Below are positions 42,468 to 52,367 of a stretch of DNA of 64,000 nt, piece by piece. The notes below the pieces were generated by a model that worked only from the letters and a program-made list of their open reading frames with translations, did no database searches and was not told the origin of the DNA. Positions within the stretch are counted from its first letter, which is position 1; each line of letters starts with the position of its first letter. The stretch is taken from assembly GCA_963750165.1 (NCBI GenBank), contig CAVVPN010000003.1:2336001-2400000 (forward strand). The letters are read 5' to 3'. The DNA is from an uncultured Gemmataceae bacterium. Lineage in GTDB: Bacteria; Planctomycetota; Planctomycetia; Gemmatales; Gemmataceae. A program made the position numbers and the translations under genes.

Positions 42468-43205
42468 TTACGCCTGCTCGAACGCCACCACCACGCACGT
42501 CACATTGTCGCGCGAGCCGCGCTCCAGCGCCATCTCCACCAGCTGATCGGCCCACGCCTGCGGGTTGGGGTAGCGCGTCACGCCCTCGCGCAAATCGTCC
42601 TCGGTGATGTGGTTGGTCAGGCCATCGCTGGCCAGCAGCAGACGGTCGCCCACTTCGGGCGTGAGCGGCACCACTTCCGCGTTCTCGAAGGTGCCGGTGA
42701 AGCCCAGGAAGCGGTGCAGTACATGCTGGTAGGGGCTGTTGCGGGCCTCCTCCGGCGATAGGGCGCCGCTCTGCACCAGTGCCTGGGCGACGGAGTGATC
42801 GACGGTAAGCTGCTTGACCTGATCGCCGCGGATGAGGTAGGCCCGGCTGTCGCCGAGGCCGGCGACGTAGACCCGGTTTTGCTGGTGCAGGGCGAGCACG
42901 GCGGTGGTGCCCATGCGGCGTCCCGGGGGCTGGTCGCGGCCGGCATCGACGATGGCGGAATTCGCTTCCTGCAGGGCGCGCAGCACGGCGTTGTTGGCGG
43001 TATCCTGGGCGGCCAGGCGGTCCTGCACGACCCTGGGAATGATGTCCGCTGCCAGACCGCTGGCCTGTTCGCCGCGATCCTGACCGCCCATGCCGTCGGC
43101 CACCAGGAACAGGTGGTTGACCGGATCCACGACAAAGCGATCTTCGTTGTTTGGTCGGACTCCCTGCGCCGTGCGGCTACCGACGTGGAGTACAAAGTCG
43201 GCCAT
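42468..43205 (-). CDS. PP2C-family Ser/Thr protein phosphatase
   Basis: GVRPNNED, VADGMGG, MGTT, GDSRAY, LTVDHS, LASDGL and GSRDNVT motifs. Confidence 0.93.
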   Translation of the reverse strand: MADFVLHVGSRTAQGVRPNNEDRFVVDPVNHLFLVADGMGGQDRGEQASGLAADIIPRVVQDRLAAQDTANNAVLRALQEANSAIVDAGRDQPPGRRMGTTAVLALHQQNRVYVAGLGDSRAYLIRGDQVKQLTVDHSVAQALVQSGALSPEEARNSPYQHVLHRFLGFTGTFENAEVVPLTPEVGDRLLLASDGLTNHITEDDLREGVTRYPNPQAWADQLVEMALERGSRDNVTCVVVAFEQA

Positions 43206-43550
43206 GAGGAGGACTCTCCCGCGTGACGGTCCCACCCCCGCCGGGCGCACCACTTCCGGGGGTTCTTTTTCCTTAGCTCATCTTATCTTGTTTTGCAAGC
43301 CTGAGCTACAGCAGGCTGGCCGGTTTTCGGGGTTTCGGCGGCGCGGAAGGGCGCCGAATCTCGACGTGTGAAAAAGTTGGCCCCCTTGGCCTCCTTGGCC
43401 CCCTTGCTCGGTCAGGCAACGCCGGCCGGCGTCCGGCTGTGCCAACCGCACAGGCCGGCGGCGACCCGCTGGCGGCCGGCGGTTGGGCGGATATAACAAC
43501 AACAACGCCTTCCCATTCCTGGGCTTGGCACCGAGGAAGGACCAGCCGCA

Positions 43551-44348
43551 GTGACGTCACAACCGCCGGCCCTGCACGTCTGGCTGCCGCCGCTGAGCGC
43601 TCTCGACCGGCGTCTGCGGCGTGCGGAAATCATGGATCAGGAGGATTTGGACCCGCGCGCCCACGAGGCCGCCCTGCGCGGCCTGGAGCGCATCAACCGC
43701 CTGAGCGGCAGCAACGGGGTGTTGTGGCGTGAGGTTTGCGAGTTGTTCCGAACCGCGCCGGCGCGGCCGCTGCGGCTGCTGGACGTGGCCACGGGCGCGG
43801 GCGATGTGCCGCTACGGTTGTGGCGGTGGGCGCGGCGGACGGGGTTGCCGCTGGAGGTGGCCGGCTGTGATCGCAGTGCCGTGGCGGTGGCGCATGCGCA
43901 ACGGCGGGCGCGGGAGCTGGGCGCCCAGGTGACGTTCTTCCCCTGCGACGTGTTCCGCGACCCGCTGCCGGCCGACTTTGACGTGCTGACCAGCTCGCTG
44001 TTTCTGCACCATCTGGACGAGGCGGAGGCGGTGACGGTACTGCGAGCCCTGGCGGCGGCGGCGCGGCGGCTGGTGCTGGTCAACGACCTGGAGCGGAGTC
44101 TGCCCGGCCTGTTACTGGCGGTCGCGGGGACGCGGTTGCTGTCGCGCTCGCCGGTGGTGCATCACGATGGGCCGTGGTCGGTGGCGGCGGCGTTCACGGT
44201 GCCGGAGGCGCGGCGGCTGGCGCGGGCGGCGGGGCTGACCGGGGCGCGGGTAACGCGCTGCTGGCCGTGGCGCTGGCTGTTGACGTGGCGGCCCGATCTT
44301 TCTTTCTCCCTCCCCTCTGGTGGGGGAGGGTCGGGGTGGGGGGGATGA
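43551..44348 (+). CDS. SAM-dependent methyltransferase of the type III PKS cluster
   Basis: R...AEIMD, LERINRLSG, LLDVATGAGD, SLFLHHL, NDLERS and HDGPWSV motifs. Start uncertain. Confidence 0.88.
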   Translation: MTSQPPALHVWLPPLSALDRRLRRAEIMDQEDLDPRAHEAALRGLERINRLSGSNGVLWREVCELFRTAPARPLRLLDVATGAGDVPLRLWRWARRTGLPLEVAGCDRSAVAVAHAQRRARELGAQVTFFPCDVFRDPLPADFDVLTSSLFLHHLDEAEAVTVLRALAAAARRLVLVNDLERSLPGLLLAVAGTRLLSRSPVVHHDGPWSVAAAFTVPEARRLARAAGLTGARVTRCWPWRWLLTWRPDLSFSLPSGGGGSGWGG

Positions 44349-45538
44349 CGCACGACTGCGACGCACTGGTGATCGGCGGCGGCCCCGGCGGCGCGACGGC
44401 GGCGCTGCTGCTGGCGCGGGCCGGCTGGGCGGTGACGCTGCTGGAGCGGCAGTCATTTCCGCGGCGCAAGGTGTGTGGCGAGTACCTGTCGGCGACGAAC
44501 CTGCCGCTGCTGGACCGGCTCGGCGTCGGCGATGTGTTCCGCGACCTGGCCGGGCCGCCAGTGCGGGAGGTCGGCCTGTTCTGCGGTGAGCGTGTGCTGC
44601 GTGCCGACCTGCCGCGGCCGGACGGTTGTGGCTGGGGCCGGGCGCTGTCGCGCGAACGGCTGGACACGCTGCTGTTGCGGCGGGCCGTCGCGGCCGGCGC
44701 CGACGTGCGCCAGCCGTGGGCCGCGCGCACGCTTTTGGACCTGGGCGACGTTTATGAGTGTGAGGCGTTCTCGACGGAGACGCGAGCGGCGGTACGGCTG
44801 CGGGCGCCGGTGGTGATCGCGGCGCACGGTTCGTGGGAGGCGGGGGCGCTGCCGACGCAGAGCCCGCGGACGCCGCCGCGGCCGGACGACCTGTTCGGTT
44901 TCAAGGCCCACTTCCGCGGCAGCCGGCTGCCGGACGGCCTGATGCCGTTGCTGGCGTTCTCGGGCGGCTACGGCGGCATGGTCCACTGTGACGACGGCCG
45001 CGTCAGCCTGTCGTGCTGCGTGCGTCGCGACCAGCTGGGGCGGCTGCGGCGCGGTGACGACGCCGGCGCCGGCGAAGCGGTGCTGGAGCACATCACGGCG
45101 GCGTGTGCCGGTGTGCGGCGGGCGCTGGCCGGGGCGGAGCGCGACGAAGCCTGGCTGGCGACGGGGCCGATCCGGCCGGGGGTGCGGGTGCGGCCGCGGC
45201 GGGGGCTGTTCCAGGTCGGCAACGCGGCCGGCGAGGCGCATCCGGTGGTGGCAGAGGGCATCAGCATGGCGCTGCAGGCGGCGTGGCTGCTGACGACGGA
45301 GCTGGGGCGCTGGCGGCACGGCGGCGCGGACGTGGCGGCGCTGGCGGTGACCGGCACGGCGTATGCAGGGCGGTGGCGGCGGAGTTTCGCGGGTCGGCTG
45401 CGGGCGGCGGCGGTGGTGGCGCACTGGGCGATGCGGCCGGGCGCGGTGGCGCCGGTGCTGCCGTGGCTGCGCTGTTTTCCGGCGCTGCTGACGTTGGGGG
45501 CGTGGCTGAGCGGCAAGGCGACAAGGATAACATCATGA
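44345..45538 (+). CDS. FAD-dependent oxidoreductase/monooxygenase
   Basis: IGGGPGG, FPRRKVCGE, GFKAHF and VGNAAGEAHP..AEGISMA motifs; ATGA overlaps on both sides. Confidence 0.9.
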   Translation: MTHDCDALVIGGGPGGATAALLLARAGWAVTLLERQSFPRRKVCGEYLSATNLPLLDRLGVGDVFRDLAGPPVREVGLFCGERVLRADLPRPDGCGWGRALSRERLDTLLLRRAVAAGADVRQPWAARTLLDLGDVYECEAFSTETRAAVRLRAPVVIAAHGSWEAGALPTQSPRTPPRPDDLFGFKAHFRGSRLPDGLMPLLAFSGGYGGMVHCDDGRVSLSCCVRRDQLGRLRRGDDAGAGEAVLEHITAACAGVRRALAGAERDEAWLATGPIRPGVRVRPRRGLFQVGNAAGEAHPVVAEGISMALQAAWLLTTELGRWRHGGADVAALAVTGTAYAGRWRRSFAGRLRAAAVVAHWAMRPGAVAPVLPWLRCFPALLTLGAWLSGKATRITS

Positions 45539-46641
45539 CATTGGCGCTGGTCGGCGTGGGCACGGCGGTGCCGGCGACGGTGATCGATCAGGACGAGGCG
45601 CTGCGGATCGCGCGGTCGCTGTGCTGCCGCACGGCCGAGCAGGCGACCTGGCTACCCGCGATGTACGGTCACACCGGCATCGAGCGCCGCCATCTGGTGC
45701 TGGGGCCGGACGTGGTGCGCGACGTGCTCGACGGTACGCGCCGCTCCGGCTCGCCATTCCTGCCGAGCGGCGCCGCCGACGACCGCGGTCCGACGACACG
45801 CCAGCGTCTGGAGCATTACACAGCGGCGGCCGGGGCGCTGGCGCTGACGGCGGCCCGGCGGGCGCTGGAGCAGGGCGGCCGGCCGGCGCGGGCGATAACG
45901 CACCTGGTCACCGTGTCCTGCACCGGCTTCCACGCGCCGGGGGTGGACGTGGAGCTGATCCAGGGGCTGCCGCTGCCGGCGGGGGTGCAGCGGACGCACG
46001 TCGGCTACATGGGCTGTCACGGGGCGCTGAACGGTCTGCGCGTGGCCAACGCCTTCTGCCGGGCGGAGCCGGCCGCGTGCGTGCTGCTGTGCGCCACAGA
46101 GCTGTGCAGCCTGCACTACCATTACGGCTGGGATCCGCAGAAGATCATCGCCAACGCGCTGTTCGCGGACGGCTCGGCGGCGCTGGTGGCGGTGCCGGCG
46201 CGGTCGGCCCCGGCCGACGCCTGGCGGCTGATGGCCAGCGGTTCGTGCGTCTTCCCCGATTCGCGCGACGCCATGACGTGGACGGTCGGCGACCACGGCT
46301 TCGAGATGACGCTGTCGAAGCAGGTGCCGGGGCTGATTGCGCGACACCTGCGGCCGTGGCTGGCGGACTGGCTGGCGGGCCACGAGGCGGCGCCGGCGGA
46401 CGTGGCCAGCTGGGCGGTGCACCCGGGCGGGCCGCGCATCCTGGACGCGGTGGAGGCGGCACTGGGGTTGCCGCGGGCGGCGACGGCGGCGTCGCGGGCG
46501 GTGTTCGCGGAGCACGGCAACATGTCATCGCCGACAGTGCTGTTCATCGTGGAGGAATTGCGCCGGCTGGGGGCGCCGCGGCCGTGTGTGGCGCTGGGCT
46601 TCGGGCCGGGGCTGACGGTGGAGGCGGCGCTGTTCCGGTGA
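45535..46641 (+). CDS. Type III polyketide synthase (chalcone/stilbene synthase family)
   Basis: VSCTG, catalytic Cys in GYMGCHG, His in HPGG, Asn in HGNMSS, LFADG and GFGPGLTVE. Confidence 0.95.
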   Translation: MTLALVGVGTAVPATVIDQDEALRIARSLCCRTAEQATWLPAMYGHTGIERRHLVLGPDVVRDVLDGTRRSGSPFLPSGAADDRGPTTRQRLEHYTAAAGALALTAARRALEQGGRPARAITHLVTVSCTGFHAPGVDVELIQGLPLPAGVQRTHVGYMGCHGALNGLRVANAFCRAEPAACVLLCATELCSLHYHYGWDPQKIIANALFADGSAALVAVPARSAPADAWRLMASGSCVFPDSRDAMTWTVGDHGFEMTLSKQVPGLIARHLRPWLADWLAGHEAAPADVASWAVHPGGPRILDAVEAALGLPRAATAASRAVFAEHGNMSSPTVLFIVEELRRLGAPRPCVALGFGPGLTVEAALFR

Positions 46642-46807
46642 TCTATTTCTCATGTTATCAAACCGGGAAGGAGCCATGAAGGTTGGCGGGAAATTGCTTC
46701 TCTGATTGACTCGTTCTCCCCGATGTCTAACATCAAACGGTTCCTATCGAAACTCGTCGGCCTGACCGGCGCCAGCGCCGGCAGGTCAGAACCGGGAGAA
46801 CGATACC

Positions 46808-47476
46808 ATGATGCGTGCGGTGTGTGGACTGGCGCTACTTGCGATTCTTGCCGCCGCGCCGGCGTCGGCCCAGGCGGGCTTCGTCACGGCCGTGACGATC
46901 AACTCCCCCAACCAGCTCACGGACGGCGCCCCTCCGAACCCATTTGAGATCGGCTGGAGGTTTACACCGAACCAGCAACTCGTCGTGACCGCCCTGGGCA
47001 CGTGGGACGGCAATGGCGTGACGATCCCTTCGGGCACCAAGGTCGGCATCTTCGACAGCTCCGCCAACCTGATCGCCAGCGTCTCGATCAGCCCCACGTC
47101 AACCCTCAGCAATCAGTTTCGCTACGAGAATCTGGCGACTCCTGTGACGCTGTCGGCCGGGAACGCTTACACCCTGATCGCCCTTTTCCCCGCCGGTGCG
47201 GTGGCGCCCGAGTACAGTGCCGCCGCCTCGTCCTCGTACTCGACCGACCCTGCCGTGGGCACCATTCACTTCACCAACGCATACCTCTCCCCCGGGACGA
47301 CGGACCTCACTTATCTTGGGACCGTGAACGGCGGGTTTGCCGATTACGTTCAGTTCGGGCCTAACTTCCAGTACCAGTCGAACGCCGCACCCGAGCCGGC
47401 GTCCGTTACCCTATTCGGCATCGCACTCCTCAACCTGGCGGGCTACGGACTGTATCGGCGGAAATGCCGCCGCTAA
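46808..47476 (+). CDS. PEP-CTERM sorted surface protein (DUF4082-like domain)
   Basis: Signal peptide, EIGWRFT....VTALG motif, C-terminal APEPASVTLFGIALLNLAGYGLYRRKCRR. Confidence 0.88.
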   Translation: MMRAVCGLALLAILAAAPASAQAGFVTAVTINSPNQLTDGAPPNPFEIGWRFTPNQQLVVTALGTWDGNGVTIPSGTKVGIFDSSANLIASVSISPTSTLSNQFRYENLATPVTLSAGNAYTLIALFPAGAVAPEYSAAASSSYSTDPAVGTIHFTNAYLSPGTTDLTYLGTVNGGFADYVQFGPNFQYQSNAAPEPASVTLFGIALLNLAGYGLYRRKCRR

Positions 47477-47494
47477 TGCCAAAGCCCCCGGGGC

Positions 47495-47538
47495 GCTTCG
47501 GGCCGGGGCTGACGGTGGAGGCGGCATTATTCCGGTGA
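47495..47538 (+). repeat. 44-bp direct repeat of the type III PKS 3' end (46598-46641)
   Basis: 41/44 identical; the mismatches are synonymous (GCG CTG vs GCA TTA). Confidence 0.85.
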
Positions 47539-47621
47539 GCGGGTGGTTGCCTGCGGCCCAGCGGCGCGTTATTCTGCGGCATCGCGTTCCACAACAGCGG
47601 TTTGTCGAGCGAGGAGCAACC

Positions 47622-48413
47622 ATGAAGCAAACGGGAGTGCTGCTGGCGCTGCTGAGCGCCGGCGTGCTGGCGCTGGCGAGCGTCCGCATGGCGGACGGCC
47701 AGGACAAGGGCAAGGACAAGGCGGTCGGCAAGGACAAGGTCGGCAAGGACAAGGGCGGCAAGGACAAGGCTCCGGAAGTGCCGCCGCGCAAGGGCAAGAC
47801 CGAGGTCATCCGCCTGTTCAATGGCAAGAACCTCGAGGGCTGGGAGGGCGAGAAGGATTTGTGGTCGGTCAAGGACGGCACGATCATCGCGAAGAACAAG
47901 GATCCGATCAAGGTGAGCACGTACCTGCTGACCAAGCGGAAATTCACGGACTTCCGCCTGACGGCGACGGTGAAGCTCGTCGAGTCGGAGATGCACTCGG
48001 GCATCGCGTTCTGGGGCCGCAAGGCGCCGGACAAGGGCGCCCCGTACACCTACGCCGGCCATCTGGTGATGTTCCCGACGGGCTGGGGCATGTACGACCT
48101 GTTCGGCCGCGGCGGTCTGCCGGTGTCGGGCGCCCCGGCGAAGAAGGTCGGTAAGCAGCACGACTGGAACGATCTGGAGATTCTGGCCCAGGGCAACCGC
48201 GTGCGTGTGGCGGTCAACGGCGTGCAGGTCGTGGACTGGCGCGACCCCGAGCCGAAGCGCATCATGGAGGGGCCGATCGGACTGCAGCTGCACTCCAACA
48301 AGGTGCCGCAGGAAGTCCACTTCAAGGATTTGATTCTGACGACGTTCCCCGAGTCGCAGATGATCACGCTGCAGCCGCAGACCGAGGTGAAGGGCAAGAA
48401 GGACAAGAAATAA
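47622..48413 (+). CDS. DUF1080 (3-keto-disaccharide hydrolase-like) secreted protein
   Basis: GAGGAG RBS and signal peptide. LFNGKNLEGW, SGI.F, WNDLEI and GPIGLQLH...V.FKDL motifs. Confidence 0.9.
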   Translation: MKQTGVLLALLSAGVLALASVRMADGQDKGKDKAVGKDKVGKDKGGKDKAPEVPPRKGKTEVIRLFNGKNLEGWEGEKDLWSVKDGTIIAKNKDPIKVSTYLLTKRKFTDFRLTATVKLVESEMHSGIAFWGRKAPDKGAPYTYAGHLVMFPTGWGMYDLFGRGGLPVSGAPAKKVGKQHDWNDLEILAQGNRVRVAVNGVQVVDWRDPEPKRIMEGPIGLQLHSNKVPQEVHFKDLILTTFPESQMITLQPQTEVKGKKDKK

Positions 48414-48487
48414 CGGCAACCGAACGCTCGCGCCCGGGGCCGCAGTACAGGTGTCTCGCACGTAACCTGGATTGCGGCCCCGGGCGC

Positions 48488-48775
48488 TTACCCGTGCGGC
48501 CGGTCTGCGGTGGTGATTTGTTCGGCCCCGTTGCACGTCGCCTCGCCTGCCGTTGGGTTGACGCCGCGAGCAACGGGCTGTTCCGCTACCGTCCCGTCTG
48601 TCAGGCGGACGAACTGCCGAACCGCTTTACCCCCACTTTCCAAAATGGAAACCAGGTCGCCGGCCTGCCCTTGCTGTGCCGCCTCCCGAGCCAGGCGGAC
48701 CGCGTCGCGCAGTTCGTTCGCAGAGCCCAACGTGTCTTCCGTGTTCTCGTTGACGATGTAGAACTGAGACATCAT
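48488..48775 (-). CDS. Small hypothetical protein
   Basis: 95-aa ORF with AGGAG upstream, coupled to the upstream ORF by an ATGA overlap. Confidence 0.6.
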   Translation of the reverse strand: MMSQFYIVNENTEDTLGSANELRDAVRLAREAAQQGQAGDLVSILESGGKAVRQFVRLTDGTVAEQPVARGVNPTAGEATCNGAEQITTADRPHG

Positions 48776-49062
48776 TCGTCTCCTGTGCCATGCGTCTCGG
48801 GTTCGTGCGCTCGGTCGATGTAGACCCAGAGGTGCTTGAGGGCGGCCTGGGCGTGAACCTCGAGGAATTGCTGGGGATCGGCGATGGATTGCAAAACTTG
48901 CGCCAGGTGATTGGCCGCGCTGAGCCGATCAACCCCGGCGGACTCGAACGTGCCGGTGGCGGTGTGCTGAAGCCCGAGAGCTTGCAAAATTGGCACAACG
49001 TTGTTGCGCAGCCCGGACCCCATGTCGCCGGTGTAAGAGATGCGCAAAATCACCCGCCACAT
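48772..49062 (-). CDS. Small hypothetical protein (possible ferredoxin-like VapD/Cas2-type fold)
   Basis: 96-aa ORF with a beta-alpha-beta-beta-alpha-beta hydrophobic pattern; the fold is inferred only. Confidence 0.55.
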   Translation of the reverse strand: MWRVILRISYTGDMGSGLRNNVVPILQALGLQHTATGTFESAGVDRLSAANHLAQVLQSIADPQQFLEVHAQAALKHLWVYIDRAHEPETHGTGDE

Positions 49063-49223
49063 CGCCTACCCTACCGTTGCCGGGTGTCGCCCGCAAAGCA
49101 GTTCGCATGATCCCACGCCGCGTCCGCACCGTCGAGGGTAGACCGAGTGTCGTTGAGTTCGGCCTGCCCGACCCATAGCAACCAGCGACTCGGCCAGGGG
49201 AAATGCGGCCGATCCAGTACGCC

Positions 49224-50096
<873 letters not shown>

Positions 50097-50102
50097 GGTC
50101 GG

Positions 50103-50375
50103 TTAACCTTCTTGCTTCGACTGTTGGATTGCCTCAATCAATCGCTTCGTACTTTCGATGTTGGAGCGGTACAGGTGGCTGCGCTGTCCGGCGAGGGTGA
50201 GGTAGCCGCCCAGGACAAACAGGCTCAGTCCCGTGGCGGCCATCGCCCAATCGACCTCCGGCCGCGACAGCGACCCACCGCCCAGGAGCAGCCCCAGCCC
50301 GACCGCAAACAGGCCAAGGAATATCTCCACCTTGGCCCAGGCGCCGCCGAACCGTGGGACCCGTTCACTCGGCAT
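50103..50375 (-). CDS. Small two-TM membrane protein
   Basis: Two hydrophobic helices and a LAGQRSHLY motif; 90 aa. Confidence 0.65.
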   Translation of the reverse strand: MPSERVPRFGGAWAKVEIFLGLFAVGLGLLLGGGSLSRPEVDWAMAATGLSLFVLGGYLTLAGQRSHLYRSNIESTKRLIEAIQQSKQEG

Positions 50376-50407
50376 GGAACAGTTCCGGTTATTGACCGAG
50401 CGTTGGG

Positions 50408-50773
50408 TTACGCCGTTACCATCGGGTCGGACGCCGCCCAGGCACTTCTACCCTGCGGCGTCATGGCAAACCAACCCCGCCACACGTAACTCAGGTCCGC
50501 CGGGTTCGCGCACGCTGGCTCGTCTTCCCGTTTCACTTCCAACAACCCCTCGGACACCAGGCGAACGATGCGGTCAGCGATTTCCTGGAGCGGGGGCGCC
50601 TCCTTCGCGGGGCGAAGATAATATGCCCCGGAGGCGCGGCGGTCGTACTCCTCGGAGGACAAATCGAAGCAAACGAGTTGGTAAATCTCCTCCAAATTTT
50701 CCCAGTCGTCCGCGGTGGCGTTCAGGATTTCCCAGCTCGTCTTATCGACCGCAACCATGACAGCCTCCGTCAT
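50408..50773 (-). CDS. Hypothetical acidic protein, winged-helix-like (possible immunity protein)
   Basis: EIADRIVRLVSEGLLE...WFAMTPQGR pattern; ATGA overlap with the upstream ORF. Confidence 0.6.
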   Translation of the reverse strand: MTEAVMVAVDKTSWEILNATADDWENLEEIYQLVCFDLSSEEYDRRASGAYYLRPAKEAPPLQEIADRIVRLVSEGLLEVKREDEPACANPADLSYVWRGWFAMTPQGRSAWAASDPMVTA

Positions 50774-51000
50774 TTCCAGAAGGGCCGAAAGTGTGGGGCA
50801 CGAAACACCCGGCCGTCGGCCCTGCGTACCGTGTGGCGGACCATCTCCTCACCGGTCGTCTCGTGACGGAACATTTCCTGGATACTGGTCCCGCCTGGGT
50901 TCCGCAGGTTCGTCGAAGGTTCCACCTCGGTCCGGATGACTTCCCATTGACCCGGGTCCGCTTCGTAATCCTTCAGCAAGTCGGCGAACGACCGGCTCAC
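50770..51000 (-). CDS. Small hypothetical protein (possible orphan toxin domain)
   Basis: 76-aa ORF with RHT and PHFRP motifs, coupled to the downstream gene. Confidence 0.5.
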   Translation of the reverse strand: MSRSFADLLKDYEADPGQWEVIRTEVEPSTNLRNPGGTSIQEMFRHETTGEEMVRHTVRRADGRVFRAPHFRPFWK

Positions 51001-51054
51001 GAATCGACTCCATGATACCGCCGCACCGTCGGCCCCTGCCAGCCGGCCCTGGGT

Positions 51055-52329
51055 TCACTTCGCCGCCGCCACCACCTTCTTGGCCGCGTCGGTCAGGTCG
51101 GTCGCCGTCTGCATCATCGGCAGTTCCGACCGGGCTGCCGTCAAAATCTCGCGGGCCTTCTCGGCGTTGGTGCCCTCCAGTCGCACCACCACCGGCACGC
51201 GGAAACCGACCTCGCGCCCGGCCTTCACCAGCGCGTCGGCGATCAGGTCGCACTTGGCGATGCCGCCGAACACGTTCACCAGCACGCCCTTCACCCGCGG
51301 GTCCGCCAGGATAATGCGGAACGCCTCGATGGCCCCCGCCTCGGTCACGCCGCCGCCCACGTCCAAAAAGTTGGCCGGCTCGCCGCCGTGGTACTTGATG
51401 ATGTCCATCGTGCTCATCGCCAGCCCGGCGCCGTTGACCAGACAGCCGATGTTGCCGTTCAGGCTGATGTACGTCAGCCCCGCCTTGCCCGCCCGCAGCT
51501 CCGCCGGGTTCTCCTCCGTCACGTCGCGCAACTTCTCGATCTCCGGGTGGCGGAACAGGGCGTTGTCGTCGAACGTTACCTTGGCATCGACGACGACCAC
51601 CTTGCCCGACTCCATCACCGCCAGCGGGTTCACCTCGGTCAAGGTGCAGTCCTTCTCCAGGAACACCTTCGCCAGCGCCACCAGCGTGTCGGCGGTCTGG
51701 GCCACCTGATCGCCGGTGAAGCCCAGGTCCAGGGCCATTGCCCGCGCCTTGAACGGGTGCAGGCCGGCGGTCGGGTCGAAGTGCAGTTTGAGGATCTTCT
51801 CCGGGTGCCGCGCGGCGACCTCTTCGATCTCGACGCCGCCCTCGGCGCAGGCCATCAGCAACGGCAGGCCGACGGCGCGGTCGAGCAGCACCCCCGCGTA
51901 GACCTCGCGGCCAATCTTCTCCTTCGCCTCGACCACCAGCACCTTCGCCACCTTCTGGCCGTCCACGCCGGTTTGCAGGGTGACGAGCGGGTGTTTGAAC
52001 ATCACCTCCGCGCAGCGGGCGACGTCCTCACGCTTGGTCACGAACTTGACGCCGCCGAGTTTCTCCGCGTCGGCCTTGACGCCGGCGAACGCCGGCAGAA
52101 TGGCCTTGATCGAATCGGGATCGTCGGCGGCGCCGGGGCGGTAACCGCTGCCCTTGAAGCCGCCCTTGCCGCGGCCGCCAGCGTGGACCTGCGCCTTGAG
52201 CACGATCGGACCGCCCAGCTTGTCGAAGGCCGCCACCGCTTCCTGGGCCGACGACGCCACAATGCCTCGCGGCACCGGCGCTCCGGCCGCCGCCAGTAAC
52301 TCTTTCGCCTGGTATTCGTGAATTTTCAT
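51055..52329 (-). CDS. sucC: Succinyl-CoA synthetase beta subunit
   Basis: MKIHEYQAKEL, KAQVHAGGRGKG, EVNPL, DDNALFRH, GCLVNGAGLAM, ANFLDVGG and VRLEGTN motifs. Confidence 0.97.
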   Translation of the reverse strand: MKIHEYQAKELLAAAGAPVPRGIVASSAQEAVAAFDKLGGPIVLKAQVHAGGRGKGGFKGSGYRPGAADDPDSIKAILPAFAGVKADAEKLGGVKFVTKREDVARCAEVMFKHPLVTLQTGVDGQKVAKVLVVEAKEKIGREVYAGVLLDRAVGLPLLMACAEGGVEIEEVAARHPEKILKLHFDPTAGLHPFKARAMALDLGFTGDQVAQTADTLVALAKVFLEKDCTLTEVNPLAVMESGKVVVVDAKVTFDDNALFRHPEIEKLRDVTEENPAELRAGKAGLTYISLNGNIGCLVNGAGLAMSTMDIIKYHGGEPANFLDVGGGVTEAGAIEAFRIILADPRVKGVLVNVFGGIAKCDLIADALVKAGREVGFRVPVVVRLEGTNAEKAREILTAARSELPMMQTATDLTDAAKKVVAAAK

Positions 52330-52367
52330 GATGACTTCCTCAGCTGGATCAACATATCTCTATAAAA

